This document shows, piece after piece, positions 12,990 through 26,399 of a stretch of 64,000 nucleotides of DNA. The first letter of the stretch is position 1; the number at the start of each line of letters is the position of its first letter. The DNA comes from Eledone cirrhosa. Lineage: Eukaryota. Both the position numbers and the translations under genes were made by a program. Under the pieces are notes generated by a model. That model saw only the letters and a program-made list of their open reading frames with translations. It had not been told where the DNA came from and did no database searches. The stretch covers positions 186,001-250,000 of the forward strand of contig CAXHJY010000096.1 in the NCBI GenBank assembly GCA_964016885.1, in the 5' to 3' direction.

Positions 12990-15900
12990 AAAATCAGGCG
13001 GAGATAATTTATAAAAAAAATCAGGGGGAGATAATTTGTAAAAAAATCAGGGGGAGATAATTTGTAAAAAAAAAATCAGGGGGAGATAATTTGTAAAAAA
13101 AATCAGGGGGAGATAATTTGTAAAAAAAAATCAGGGGTAGATAATTTGTAAAAAAAAATCAGGGGGAGATAATTTGTAAAAAAAATCAGGGGGAGATAAT
13201 TTGTAAAAAAAAATCAGGGGTAGATAATTTGTAAAAAAAAATCAGGGGGAGATAATTTGTAAAAAAAATCAAGGGGAGATAATTTCCAGCCGTCCAAGGG
13301 AAGATAATTTCCAGCCCTCCAAGGGGCTATAATTTCCAGCGTCCAAGGGGAGATAATTTCCAGCCAGCGAAGGGGAGATAATTTTTTTAAAAATATCATT
13401 GGGAGATTTGTAAAAAAAATCAGGGGGAGATAATTTGTAAAAAAAATCAAGGGGAGATAATTTCCAGCCGTCCAAGGGGAGGTAATATCTAGCCGTCCAA
13501 GGGGAGATAATTTCCAGCCGTCCAAGGGGAGATAATTTCCAGCCGTCCAAGGGTAGATAATATCCAGCCGTCCAAGGACATATTTTCCAGCCGTCCAAGG
13601 AGAGGTAATTTCTAGCCGTCCAAGGGGAGATAAATTCCAGCCTCCAAGGGGAGATAATTTCCAGCCAGCCAAGGGGAGATAATTTGTAAAAAAATCAGGG
13701 GGAGATAATTTGTAAAAAAAATCAGGGGGAGATAATTTGTAAAAAAAAATCAGGGGGAGATAATTTGTAAAAAAAAATCAGGGGGAGATAATTTGTAAAA
13801 AAAAATCAGGGGGAGATAATTTGTAAAAAAAATCAAGGGGAGATAATTTCCAGCCGTCCAAGGGGAGATAATTTTCAGCCGTCCAAGGGGAGATAATTTC
13901 CCGCCAGCCAAGGGAAGATAATATTTAAAAAAATCAGGCGGAGATAATTTGTAAAAAAAATCAGGGGGAGATAATTTATAAAAAATTCAGGGGGAGATAA
14001 TTTGGAAAAAAAAAATCAGGGGGAGATAATTTGTAAAAAAAATCAGGGGGAGATAATTTGTAAAAAAAAATCAGGGGTAGATAATTTGTAAAAAAAATCA
14101 GGGGGAGATAATTTGTAAAAAAAATGAAAGGGGAGATAATATCCAGCCGTCCAAGGGGAGATAATTTCCAGCCGTCCAAGGGGAGATAATTTCCAGCCGT
14201 CCAAGGGGAGATAATTTCCATCCTTCCAAGGGGATATAATTTCCAGCCGTCCAAGGGGAGATAATTTCCCGCCAGCCAAGGGAAGATAATTTTTTAAAAA
14301 ATCAGGCGGAGATTGTAAAAAAAATCAGGGGGGAGATAATTTGTAAAAAAATCAGGGGGAGATAATTTGTAAAAAAAAATCAGGGGGAGATAATTTGTAA
14401 AAAATAATCAGGGGGAGATAATTTGTAAAAAAAAATCAAGGGGAGATAATTTCCAGCCGTCCAAGGGGAGATAATTTCCATCCTTCCAAGGGGATATAAT
14501 TTCCAGCCGTCCAAGGGGAGATAATTTCCCGCCAGCCAAGGGAAGATGATTTTTAAAAAAATCAGGCGGAGATTGTAAAAAAAATCAGGGGGGGAGATAA
14601 TTTGTAAAAAAATCAGGGGGAGATAATTTGTAAAAAAAAAATCAGGGGGAGATAATTTGTAAAAAATAATCAGGGGGAGATAATTTGTAAAAAAAAATCA
14701 AGGGGAGATAATTTCCAGCCGTCCAAGGGGAGATAATTTCCATCCTTCCAAGGGGATATAATTTCCAGCCGTCCAAGGGGAGATAATTTCCCGCCAGCCA
14801 AGGGAAGATGATTTTTAAAAAAATCAGGCGGAGATTGTAAAAAAAATCAGGGGGGGAGATAATTTGTAAAAAAATCAGGGGGAGATAATTTGTAAAAAAA
14901 AATCAGGGGGAGATAATTTGTAAAAAAAAATCAGGGGGAGATAATTTGTAAAAAAAAATCAGGGGGAGATAATTTGTAAAAAAAATTAGGCGTAGATAAT
15001 TTGTAAAAAAAAATCAGGGGGAGATAATTTGTAAAAAAAAATCAGGGGGAGATAATTTGTTTAAAAAATCAAGGGGAGATAATTTGCAGCCGTCCAAGGG
15101 GAGATAATTTTCAGCCGTCCAAGGAGAGGTAATTTCTAGCCGTTCAAGGGGAGATAATTTCCAGCCGTCCAAGGGGAAATAATTTCCAGCCGTCCAAGGG
15201 GAGATAATTTTTTTTAAAAAATCAGGCGGAGATAATTTGTAAAAAAAATCAGGGGGAGATAATTCGTAAAAAAAAATCAGGGGGAGATAATTTGTAAAAA
15301 AAAATCAGGGGGAGATAATTTGTAAAAAAAATCAAGGGGAGATAATTTCCAGCCGTCCAAGGGGAGGTAATATCTAGCCGTCCAAGGGGAGATAATTTCC
15401 AGCCGTCCAAGGGGAGATAATTTTTTTTAAAAAATCAGGCGGAGATAATTTGTAAAAAAAATCAGGGGGAGATAATTTGTAAACAAAATCAGGGGGAGAT
15501 AATTTGTAAAAAAAAATCAGGGGGAGATAATTTGTAAAAAAAATTAGGCGTAGATAATTTGTAAAAAAAAATCAGGGGGAGATAATTTGTAAAAAAAAAT
15601 CAGAGGGAGATAATTTGTTTAAAAAATCAAGGGGAGATAATTTGCAGCCGTCCAAGGGGAGATAATTTTCAGCCGTCCAAGGAGAGGTAATTTCTAGCCG
15701 TTCAAGGGGAGATAATTTCCAGCCGTCCAAGGGGAGATAATTTCCAGCCGTCCAAGGGGAGATAATTTTTTTTAAAAAATCAGGCGGAGATAATTTGTAA
15801 AAAAAAATCAGGGGGAGATAATTCGTAAAAAAAAATCAGGGGGAGATAATTTGTAAAAAAAATCAAGGAGAGATAATTTCCAGCCGTCCAAGGGGAGATA

Positions 15901-16200
15901 ATTTCCAGCCGTCCAAGGAGACATATTTTCCAGCCGTCCAAGGCGAGGTAATTTCTAGCCGTCCAAGGGGAGATAAATTCCAGCCTCCAAGGGGAGATAA
16001 TTTCCAGCCAGCCAAGTGGAGATAATTTGTAAAAAAATCAGGGGGAGATAATTTGTAAAAAATATCAGGGAGATAATTTGTAAAAAAAAATCAGGGGGAG
16101 ATAATTTGTAAAAAAAATCAGGGGGAGATAATTTGTAAAAAAAAATCAGGGGGAGATAATTTGTAAAAAAAATCAAGGGGTGATAATTTCCAGCCGTCCA
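12990..16200 (+). repeat. Partial copy of the first half of the ~6-kb higher-order unit seen at 33.9-36.7, 39.9-42.9 and 59.8-62.7 kb
   Basis: The ORF at 13269 matches those at 34167, 40228 and 60050. Same ordered variants: AATATCATTGGG, AAAATTCAGG, GGGGAAATAA, GTAAACAAAA, AGTGGAG, GGGGTGAT. Confidence 0.85.
14285..14830 (+). repeat. Local tandem duplication, period ~262 bp (one A run plus one B run)
   Basis: GGAAGATGATTTTT at 14541 and 14803, each preceded by the same CCATCCTTCC/GGGGATAT B block. The homologous regions at ~35.1, 41.3 and 61.1 kb have a single copy. Confidence 0.85.
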
Positions 16201-18262
16201 AGGGGAGATAATTTTCAGCCGTCCAAGGGGAGATAATTTCCCGCCAGCCAAGGGAAGATAATTTCTAAAAAAATCAGGCGGAGATTGTAAAAAAAATCAG
16301 GGGGGAGATAATTTGTAAAAAAATCAGGGGGAGATAATTTGTAAAAAATAATCAGAGGGAGATAATTTGTAAAAAAATTCAAGGGGAGATAATTTCCAGC
16401 CGTCCAAGGGAAGATAATTTCCCGCCAGCCAAGGGAAGATAATATTTAAAAAAATTAGGCGGAGATAATTTGTAAAAAAAATCAGGGGGAGATAATTTGT
16501 AAAAAAAATCAGGGGGAGATAATTTGTAAAAAAAATTATGGGGAGATAATTTGTAAAAAAAAATCAGGGGTAGATAATTTGTAAAAAAAAATCAGGGGGA
16601 GATAATTTGTAAAAAAAAATCAGGGGGAGATAATTTGTAAAAAAAATCAAGGGGAGATAATTTCCAGCCGTCCAAGGGGAGATAATTTTCAGCCGTCCAA
16701 GGAGAGGTAATTTCTAGCCGTCGAAGGGGAGATAATTTCCAGCCGTCCAAGGGGAGGTCATTTCCAGCCGTCCAAGGGGAGATAATTTTTAAAAAAAAAT
16801 CAGGCGGAGATAATTTGTAAAAAAAATCAAGGGGAGATAATTTGCAGCCGTCCAAGGGGAGATAATTTTCAGTCGTCCAAGGAGAGGTAATTTCTAGCCG
16901 TCCAAGGGGAGATAATTTCCAGCCGTCCAAGGGGAGATAATTTCCAGCCGTCCAAGGGGAGATAATTTTTTTTAAAAAATCAGGCGGAGATAATTTGTAA
17001 AAAAAATCAGGGGGAGATAATTTGTAAAAAAAAATCAGGGGGAGATAATTTGTAAAAAAAATTAGGCGTAGATAATTTGTAAAAAAAAATCAGGGGGAGA
17101 TAATTTGTAAAAAAAAATCAGGGGGAGATAATTTGTTTAAAAAATCAAGGGGAGATAATTTGCAGCCGTCCAAGGGGAGATAATTTTCAGCCGTCCAAGG
17201 AGACGTAATTTCTAGCCGTTCAAGGGGAGATAATTTCCAGCCGTCCAAGGGGAGATAATTTCCAGCCGTCCAAGGGGAGATAATTTTTTTTAAAAAATCA
17301 GGCGGAGATAATTTGTAAAAAAAAATCAGGGGGAGATAATTTGTAAAAAAAATCAAGGGGAGATAATTTCCAGCCGTCCAAGGGGAGGTAATATCTAGCC
17401 GTCCAAGGGGAGATAATTTCCAGCCGTCCAAGGGGAGATAATTTCCAGCCGTCCAAGGGGAGATAATTTCCAGCCGTCCAAGGAGACATATTTTCCAGCC
17501 GTCCAAGGCGAGGTAATTTCTAGCCGTCCAAGGGGAGATAAATTCCAGCCTCCAAGGGGAGATAATTTCCAGCCAGCCAAGTGGAGATAATTTGTAAAAA
17601 AATCAGGGGGAGATAATTTGTAAAAAATATGAGGGAGATAATTTGTAAAAAAAAATCAGGGGGAGATAATTTGTAAAAAAAATCAGGGGGAGATAATTTG
17701 TAAAAAAAAATCAGGGGGAGATAATTTGTAAAAAAAATCAAGGGGAGATAATTTCCAGCCGTCCAAGGGGAGATAATTTTCAGCCGTCCAAGGGGAGATA
17801 ATTTCCCGCCAGCCAAGGGAAGATAATATTTAAAAAAATCAGGCGGAGATAATTTGTAAAAAAAATCAGGGGGAGATAATTTGTAAAAAAATCAGGGGGA
17901 GATAATTTGTAAAAAAAAAATCAGGGGGAGATAATTTGTAAAAAAAATCAGGGGGAGATAATTTGTAAAAAAAAATCAGGGGTAGATAATTTGTAAAAAA
18001 AAATCAGGGGGAGATAATTTGTAAAAAAAAATCAGGGGGAGATAATTTGTAAAAAAAATGAAAGGGGAGATAATATCCAGCCGTCCAAGGGGAGATAATT
18101 TCCAGCCGTCCAAGGGGAGATAATTTCCAGCCGTCCAAGGAGACATATTTTCCAGCCGTCCAAGGCGAGGTAATTTCTAGCCGTCCAAGGGGAGATAAAT
18201 TCCAGCCTCCAAGGGGAGATAATTTGTAAAAAAATCAGGGGGAGATAATTTGTTAAAAAAAA

Positions 18263-21200
18263 TCAGGGGGAGATAATTTGTTTAAAAAATCAAGGGGAGA
18301 TAATTTGCAGCCGTCCAAGGGGAGATAATTTTCAGCCGTCCAAGGAGAGGTAATTTCTAGCCGTTCAAGGGGAGATAATTTCCAGCCGTCCAAGGGGAAA
18401 TAATTTCCAGCCGTCCAAGGGGAGATAATTTTTTTAAAAAAATCAGGCGGAGATAATTTGTAAAAAAAATCAGGGGGAGATAATTCGTAAAAAAAAATCA
18501 GGGGAAGATAATTTGTAAAAAAAAATCAGGGGGAGATAATTTGTAAAAAAAATCAAGGGGAGATAATTTCCAGCCGTCCAAGGGGAGGTAATATCTAGCC
18601 GTCCAAGGGGAGATAATTTCCAGCCGTCCAAGGGGAGATAATTTTTTTAAAAAAATCAGGCGGAGATAATTTGTAAAAAAAATCAGGGGGAGATAATTTG
18701 TAAACAAAATTAGGGGGAGATAATTTGTAAAAAAAAATCAGGGGGAGATAATTTGTAAAAAAAATTAGGCGTAGATAATTTGTAAAAAAAAATCAGGGGA
18801 GATAATTTGTAAAAAAAAATCAGGGGGAGATAATTTGTTTAAAAAATCAAGGGGAGATAATTTGCAGCCGTCCAAGGGGAGATAATTTTCAGCCGTCCAA
18901 GGAGAGGTAATTTCTAGCCGTTCAAGAGGAGATAATTTCCAGCCGTCCAAGGGGAGATAATTTCCAGCCGTCCAAGGGGAGATAATTTTTTTTAAATAAT
19001 CAGGCGGAGATAATTTGTAAAAAAAAATCAGGGGGAGACAATTCGTAAAAAAAAATCAGGGGGAGATAATTTGTAAAAAAAATCAAGGAGAGATAATTTC
19101 CAGCCGTCCAAGGGGAGATAATTTCCAGCCGTCCAAGGAGACATATTTTCCAGCCGTCCAAGGCGAGGTAATTTCTAGCCGTCCAAGGGGAGATAAATTC
19201 CAGCCTCCAAGGGGAGATAATTTCCAGCCAGCCAAGTGGAGATAATTTGTAAAAAAATCAGGGGGAGATAATTTGTAAAAAATATGAGGGAGATAATTTG
19301 TAAAAAAAAATCAGGGGGAGATAATTTGTAAAAAAAATCAGGGGGAGATAATTTGTAAAAAAAAATCAGGGGGAGATAATTTGTAAAAAAAATCAAGGGG
19401 AGATAATTTCCAGCCGTCCAAGGGGAGATAATTTCCAGCCTTCCAAGGGGAGATAATTTCCAGCCGTCCAAGGGGAGATAATTTCCATCCTTCCAAGGGG
19501 ATATAATTTCCAGCCGTCCAAGGGGAGATAATTTCCCGCCAGCCAAGGGAAGATAATTTTTAAAAAAATCAGGCGGAGATTGTAAAAAAAATCAGGGGGG
19601 AGATAATTTGTAAAAAAATCAGGGGGAGATAATTTGTTAAAAATAATCAGGGGGAGATAATTTGTAAAAAAATTCAAGGGGAGATAATTTCCAGCCGTCC
19701 AAGGGGAGATAATTTCCCGCCAGCCAAGGGAAGATAATATTTAAAAAAATTAGGCGGAGATAATTTGTAAAAAAAATCAGGGGGAGATAATTTGTAAAAA
19801 AATCAGGGGGAGATAATTTGTAAAAAAAATCAGGGGGAGATAATTTGTAAAAAAAATCATGGGGAGATAATTTGTAAAAAAAAATCAGGTGTAGATAATT
19901 TGTAAAAAAAAATCAGGGGGAGATAATTTGTAAAAAAAAATCAGGGGGAGATAATTTGTAAAAAAAATCAAGGGGAGATAATATCCAGCCGTCCAAGGAG
20001 AGATAATTTTTAAAAAAAATGAGGCGGAGATAATTTGTAAAAAAAAAATGAGGGGGAGTTAATTTGTAAAAAAAAATGAGGGGGAGATAATTTGTAAAAA
20101 AAATCAAGGGGAGATAATTTCCAGCCGTCCAAGGGGAGATAATTTTCAGCCGTCCAAGGAGAGGTAATTTCTAGCCGTCCAAGGGGAGATAATTTCCAGC
20201 CGTCCAAGGGGAGGTAATTTCCAGCCGTCCAAGGGGAGATAATTTTTAAAAAAAAATCAGGCGGAGATAATTTGTAAAAAAAATCAAGGGGAGATAATTT
20301 GCAGCCGTCCAAGGGGAGATAATTTTCAGTCGTCCAAGGAGAGGTAATTTCTAGCCGTCCAAGGGGAGATAATTTCCAGCCGTCCAAGGGGAGATAATTT
20401 CCAGCCGTCCAAGGGGAGATAATTTTTTTTAAAAAATCAGGCGGAGATAATTTGTAAAAAAAATCAGGGGGAGATAATTTGTAAACAAAATCAGGGGGAG
20501 ATAATTTGTAAAAAAAAATCAGGGGTAGATAATTTGTAAAAAAAATTAGGCGTAGATAATTTGTAAAAAAAAATCAGGGGGAGATAATTTGTAAAAAAAA
20601 ATCAAGGGGAGATAATTTGTTTAAAAAATCAAGGGGAGATAATTTGCAGCCGTCCAAGGGGAGATAATTTTCAGCCGTCCAAGGAGAGGTAATTTCTAGC
20701 CGTTCAAGGGGAGATAATTTTTTTTTAAAAATCAGGCGGAGTTAATTTGTAAAAAAAATTAGAGGGAGATAATTCGTAAAACAAAATCAGAGGGAGATAA
20801 TTTGTAAAAAAAATCAAGGGGAGATAATTTCCAGCCGTCCAAGGGGAGGTAATATCTAGCCGTCCAAGGGGAGATAATTTCCAGCCGTCCTAGGGGAGAT
20901 AATTTCCAGCCGTCCAAGGGGAGATAATTTCCAGCCGTCCAAGGAGACATATTTTCCAGCCGTCCAAGGCGAGGTAATTTCTAGCCGTCCAAGGGGAGAT
21001 AAATTCCAGCCTCCAAGGGGAGATAATTTCCAGCCAGCCAAGGGGAGATAATTTGTAAAAAAATCAGGGGGAGATAATTTGTAAAAAAAATCAGGGGGAG
21101 ATAATTTGTAAAAAAAAATCAGGGGGAGATAATTTGTAAAAAAATCAAGGGGAGATAATTTCCAGCCGTCCAAGGGGAGATAATTTTCAGCCGTCCAAGG

Positions 21201-24200
21201 AGAGGTAATTTCTAGCCGTCCGAGGAGAGATAATTTCCAGCCGTCCAAGGGGAGATAATTTCCAGCCGTCCACGGGGAGATAATTTCCAGCCGTCCAAGG
21301 AGACATATTTTCCAGCCGTCCAAGGAGAGGTAATTTCTAGCCGTCCAAGGGGAGATAAATTCCAGCCTCCAAGGGGAGATAATTTCCAGCCAGCCAAGGG
21401 GAGATAATTTGTAAAAAAATCAGGGGGAGATAATTTGTAAAAAAAAATCAGGGGGAGATAATTTGTAAAAAAAATCAGGGGGAGATAATTTGTAAAAAAA
21501 ATCAAGGGGAGATAATTTCCAGCCGTCCAAGGAGAGATAATTTAAAAAAAAAATCAGGCGCAGATAATTTGTAAAAAGAAATCAGGGGGAGATAATTTGT
21601 AAAAAAAATCAAGGGGAGATAATTTCCAGCCGTCCAAGGGGAGATAATTTTCAGCCGTCCAAGGAGAGGTAATTTCTAGCCGTCCAAGGAGAGATAATTT
21701 CCAGCCGTCCAAGGGGAGATAATTTCCAGCCGTCCAAGGGGAGATAATTTCCAGCCGTCCAAGGAGACATATTTTCCAGCCGTCCAAGGAGAGGTAATTC
21801 CTAGCCGTCCAAGGGGAGATAAATTCCAGCCTCCAAGGGGAGATAATTTCCAGCCAGCCAAGGGGAGATAATTTGTAAAAAAAATCAGGGGGAGATAATT
21901 TGTAAAAAAAATCAGGGGGAGATAATTTGTAAAAAAAAATCAGGGGGAGATAATTTGTAAAAAATAATCAGGTGGAGATAATTTGTAAAAAAAATCAAAG
22001 GGAGATAATTTCCAGCCGTCCAAGGGGAGATAATTTTCAGCCGTCCAAGAGGAGATAATTTCCCGCCAGCCAAGGGAAGATAATATTTAAAAAAATTAGG
22101 CGGAGATAATTTGTAAAAAAAATCAGGGGGAGATAATTTGTAAAAAAATCAGGGGGAGATAATTTGTAAAAAAAATCAGGGGGAGATAATTTGTAAAAAA
22201 AATCAGGGGGAGATAATTTGTAAAAAAAAATCAGGGGTAGATAATTTGTAAAAAAAAATCATGGGGAGATAATTTGTAAAAAAAATCAAGGGGAGATAAT
22301 TTCCAGCCGTCCAAGGGAAGATAATTTCCAGCCCTCCAAGGGGCTATAATTTCCAGCGTCCAAGGGGAGATAATTTCCAGCCAGCGAAGGGGAGATAATT
22401 TTTTTAAAAAAATCATTGGGAGATTTGTAAAAAAAATCAGGGGGAGATAATTTGTAAAAAAATCAAGGGGTGATAATTTCCAGCCGTCCAAGGGGAGGTA
22501 ATATCTAGCCGTCCAAGGGGAGATAATTTCCAGCCGTCCAAGGGGAGATAATTTCCAGCCGTCCAAGGGTAGATAATATCCAGCCGTCCAAGGACATATT
22601 TTCCAGCCGTCCAAGGAGAGGTAATTTCTAGCCGTCCAAGGGGAGATAAATTCCAGCCTCCAAGGGGAGATAATTTGCAGCCAGCCAAGGGGAGATAATT
22701 TGTAAAAAAATTAGGGGGAGATAATTTGTAAAAAAAATCAGGGGGAGATAATTTGTAAAAAAAAATCAGGGGGAGATAATTTGTAAAAAAAAATCAGGGG
22801 GAGATAATTTGTAAAAAAAATCAGGGGGAGATAATTTGTAAAAAAAATCAAGGGGAGATAATTTCCAGCCGTCCAAGGGGAGATAATTTTCAGCCGTCCA
22901 AGAGGAGATAATTTCCCGCCAGCCAAGGGAAGATAATTTTTAAAAAAATCAGGCGGAGATTGTAAAAAAAATCAGGGGGGAGATAATTTGTAAAAAAATC
23001 AGGGGGAGATAATTTGTAAAAAAAAATCAGGGGGAGATAATTTGTAAAAAAAAATCAGGGGGAGATAATTTGTAAAAAAACATCAGGGGGAGATAATTTG
23101 TAAAAGAAATCAAGGGGAGATAATTTCCAGCCGTCCAAGGAGAGGTAATTTCTAGCCGTTCAAGGGGAGATAATTTCCAGCCGTCCAAGGGGAGATAATT
23201 TTCTGCCGTCCAAGGAGAGGTAATTTCTAGCCGTCCGAGGAGAGATAATTTCCAGCCGTCCAAGGGGAGATAATTTCCAGCCGTCCAAGGGGAGATAATT
23301 TCCAGCCGTCCAAGGAGACATATTTTCCAGCCGTCCAAGGAGAGGTAATTTCTAGCCGTCCAAGGGGAGATAAATTCCAGCCTCCAAGGGGAGATAATTT
23401 CCAGCCAGCCAAGGGGAGATAATTTGTAAAAAAATCAGGGGGAGATAATTTGCAAAAAAAATCAGGGGGAGATAATTTGTAAAAAAAAATCAGAGGGAGA
23501 TAATTTGTAAAAAATAATCAGGGGGAGATAATTTCCAGCCGTCCAAGGGGAGATCATTTTCAGCCGTCCAAGGGGAGATAATTTCCCGCCAGCCAAGGGA
23601 AGATAATATTTAAAAAAATTAGGCGGAGATAATTTGTAAAAAGAATCAGGGGGAGATAATTTGTAAAAAAAATCAGGGGGAGATAATTTGTAAAAAAAAA
23701 TCAGGGGTAGATAATTTGTAAAAAAAAATCAGGGGGAGATAATTTGTAAAAAAAAATCAGGGGGAGATAATTTGTAAAAAAAATCAAGGGGAGATAATTT
23801 CCAGCCGTCCAATGGGAGATAATTTTCAGCCGTCCAAGGGGAGATAATTTACCGCCAGCCAAGGGAAGATAATATTTAAAAAAATCAGGCGGAGATAATT
23901 TGTAAAAAAAATCAGGGGGAGATAATTTGTAAAAAAAATCAGGGGGAGATAATTTGTAAAAAAAAATCAGGGGGAGATAATTTGTAAAAAAAATCAGGGG
24001 GAGATAATTTGTTAAAAAAAATCAGGGGTAGATAATTTGTAAAAAAAAATCAGGGGGAGATAATTTGTAAAAAAAAATCAGGGGGAGATAATTTGTAAAA
24101 AAAATGAAAGGGGAGATAATTTCCAGCCGTCCAAGGGGAGATAATTTCCCGCCAGCCAAGGGAAGTTAATATTTAAAAAAATTAGGCGGAGATAATTTGT

Positions 24201-24536
24201 AAAAAAAATCAGGGGGAGATAATTTGTAAAAAAATCAGGGGGAGATAATTTGTAAAAAAAATCAGGGGAAGATAATTTGTAAAAAAAATCATGGGGAGAT
24301 AATTTGTAAAAAAAAATCAGGGGTAGATAATTTGTAAAAAAAAATCAGGGGGAGATAATTTGTAAAAAAAAATCAGGGGGAGATAATTTGTAAAAGAAAT
24401 CAAGGGGAGATAATATCCAGCCGTCCAAGGAGAGATAATTTTTAAAAAAAATGAGGCGGAGATAATTTGTAAAAAAAAATCAGGGGGAGATAATTTGTAA
24501 AAAAAATCAAGGGGAGATAATTTCCAGCCGTCCAAG
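18263..24536 (+). repeat. ~6.3-kb segmental block, copy 2 of 3455-10047, lacking ~320 bp near 19420
   Basis: The offset to copy 1 shifts from 14808/14809 to 14488 around 19400-19440 (CAGCCTTCC at ~4950 and ~19438). Confidence 0.92.
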
Positions 24537-26399
24537 GGGAGATAATTTTCAGCCGTCCAAGGAGAGGTAATTTCTAGCCGTCCAAGGGGAGATAATTTCC
24601 AGCCGTCCAAGGGGAGGTAATTTCCAGCCGTCCAAGGGGAGATAATTTTAAAAAAAAAATCAGGCGGAGATAATTTGTAAAAAAAAATCAAGGGGAGATA
24701 ATTTGCAGCCGTCCAAGGGGAGATAATTTTCAGTCGTCCAAGGAGAGGTAATTTCTAGCCGTCCAAGGGGAGATAATTTCCAGCCGTCCAAGGGGAGATA
24801 ATTTCCAGCCGTCCAAGGGGAGATAATTTTTTTTTAAAAATCAGGCGGAGATAATTTGTAAAAAAAATCAGGGGGAGATAATTTGTAAAAAAAATCAGGG
24901 GGAGATAATTTGTAAAAAAAAATCAGGGGGAGATAATTTGTAAAAAAAATCAAGGAAAGATAATTTCCAGCCGTCCAAGGGAAGATAATTTCCAGCCCTC
25001 CAAGGGGCTATAATTTCCAGTGTCCAAGGGGAGATAATTTCCAGCCAGCGAAGGGGAGATAATTTTTTTTAAAAAATCAAGGGGAGATTTGTAAATAAAA
25101 TCAGGGGGAGATAATTTGTAAAAAATATCAAAGGGAGATAATTTCCAGCCGTCCAAAGAGAGATAATTTCTAGCCGTCCAAGGGGAGATAATTTCGAGCC
25201 AAGGGGAGATAATTTCCAGCCGTCCAAGGGGAGATAATTTTTTAAAAAATCAGGTGGAGATAATTTGTAAAAAAAATCATGGGGAGATAATTTGTAAAAA
25301 CAAAATCAAGGGCAGATAATTTCCAGCTGTCCAAGGGGAGATAATTTCCAGCCGTCCAAGGGGAGATAATTTCCAGCCGTCCAAGGGGAGATAATTTCCA
25401 TCCTTCCAAGGGGATATAATTTCCAGCCGTCCAAGGGGAGATAATTTCCCGCCAGCCAAGGGAAAATGATTTTTAAAAAAATCAGGCGGAGATTGTAAAA
25501 AAAATCAGGGGGGAGATAATTTGTAAAAAAATCAGGGGGAGATAATTTGTAAAAAAAAAATCAGGGGGAGATAATTTGTAAAAAAAATCAGGGGGAGATA
25601 ATTTGTAAAAAAAAATCAGGGGGAGATAATTTGTAAAAAAAATTAGGCGTAGATAATTTGTAAAAAAAAATCAGGGGGTCATAATTTGTAAAAAAAAAAT
25701 CAGGGGGAGATAATTTGTTTAAAAAATCAAGGGGAGATAATTTGCAGCCGTCCAAGGGGAGATAATTTTCAGCCGTCCAAGGAGAGGTAATTTCTAGCCG
25801 TTCAAGGGGAGATAATTTCCAGCCGTCCAAGGGGAGATAATTTCCAGCCGTCCAAGGGGAGATAATTTTTTTAAAAAAATCAGGCGGAGATAATTTGTAA
25901 AAAAAAATCAGGGGGAGATAATTCGTAAAAAAAAATCAGGGGGAGATAATTTGTAAAAAAAAATCAGGGGGAGATAATTTGTAAAAAAAATCAAGGGGAG
26001 ATAATTTCCAGCCGTCCAAGGGGAGGTAATATCTAGCCGTCCAAGGGGAGATAATTTCCAGCCGTCCAAGGGGAGATAATTTCCAGCCGTCCAAGGGGAG
26101 ATAATTTCCAGCCGTCCAAGGAGACATATTTTCCAGCCGTCCAAGGCGAGGTAATTTCTAGCCGTCCAAGGGGAGATAAATTCCAGCCTCCAAGGGGAGA
26201 TAATTTCCAGCCAGCCAAGGGGAGATAATTTGTAAAAAAATCAGGGGGAGATAATTTGTAAAAAATATCAGGGAGATAATTTGTAAAAAAAAATCAGGGG
26301 GAGATAATTTGTAAAAAAAATCAGGGGGAGATAATTTGTAAAAAAAAATCAGGGGGACATAATTTGTAAAAAAAATCAATGGGAGATAATTTCCAGCCG

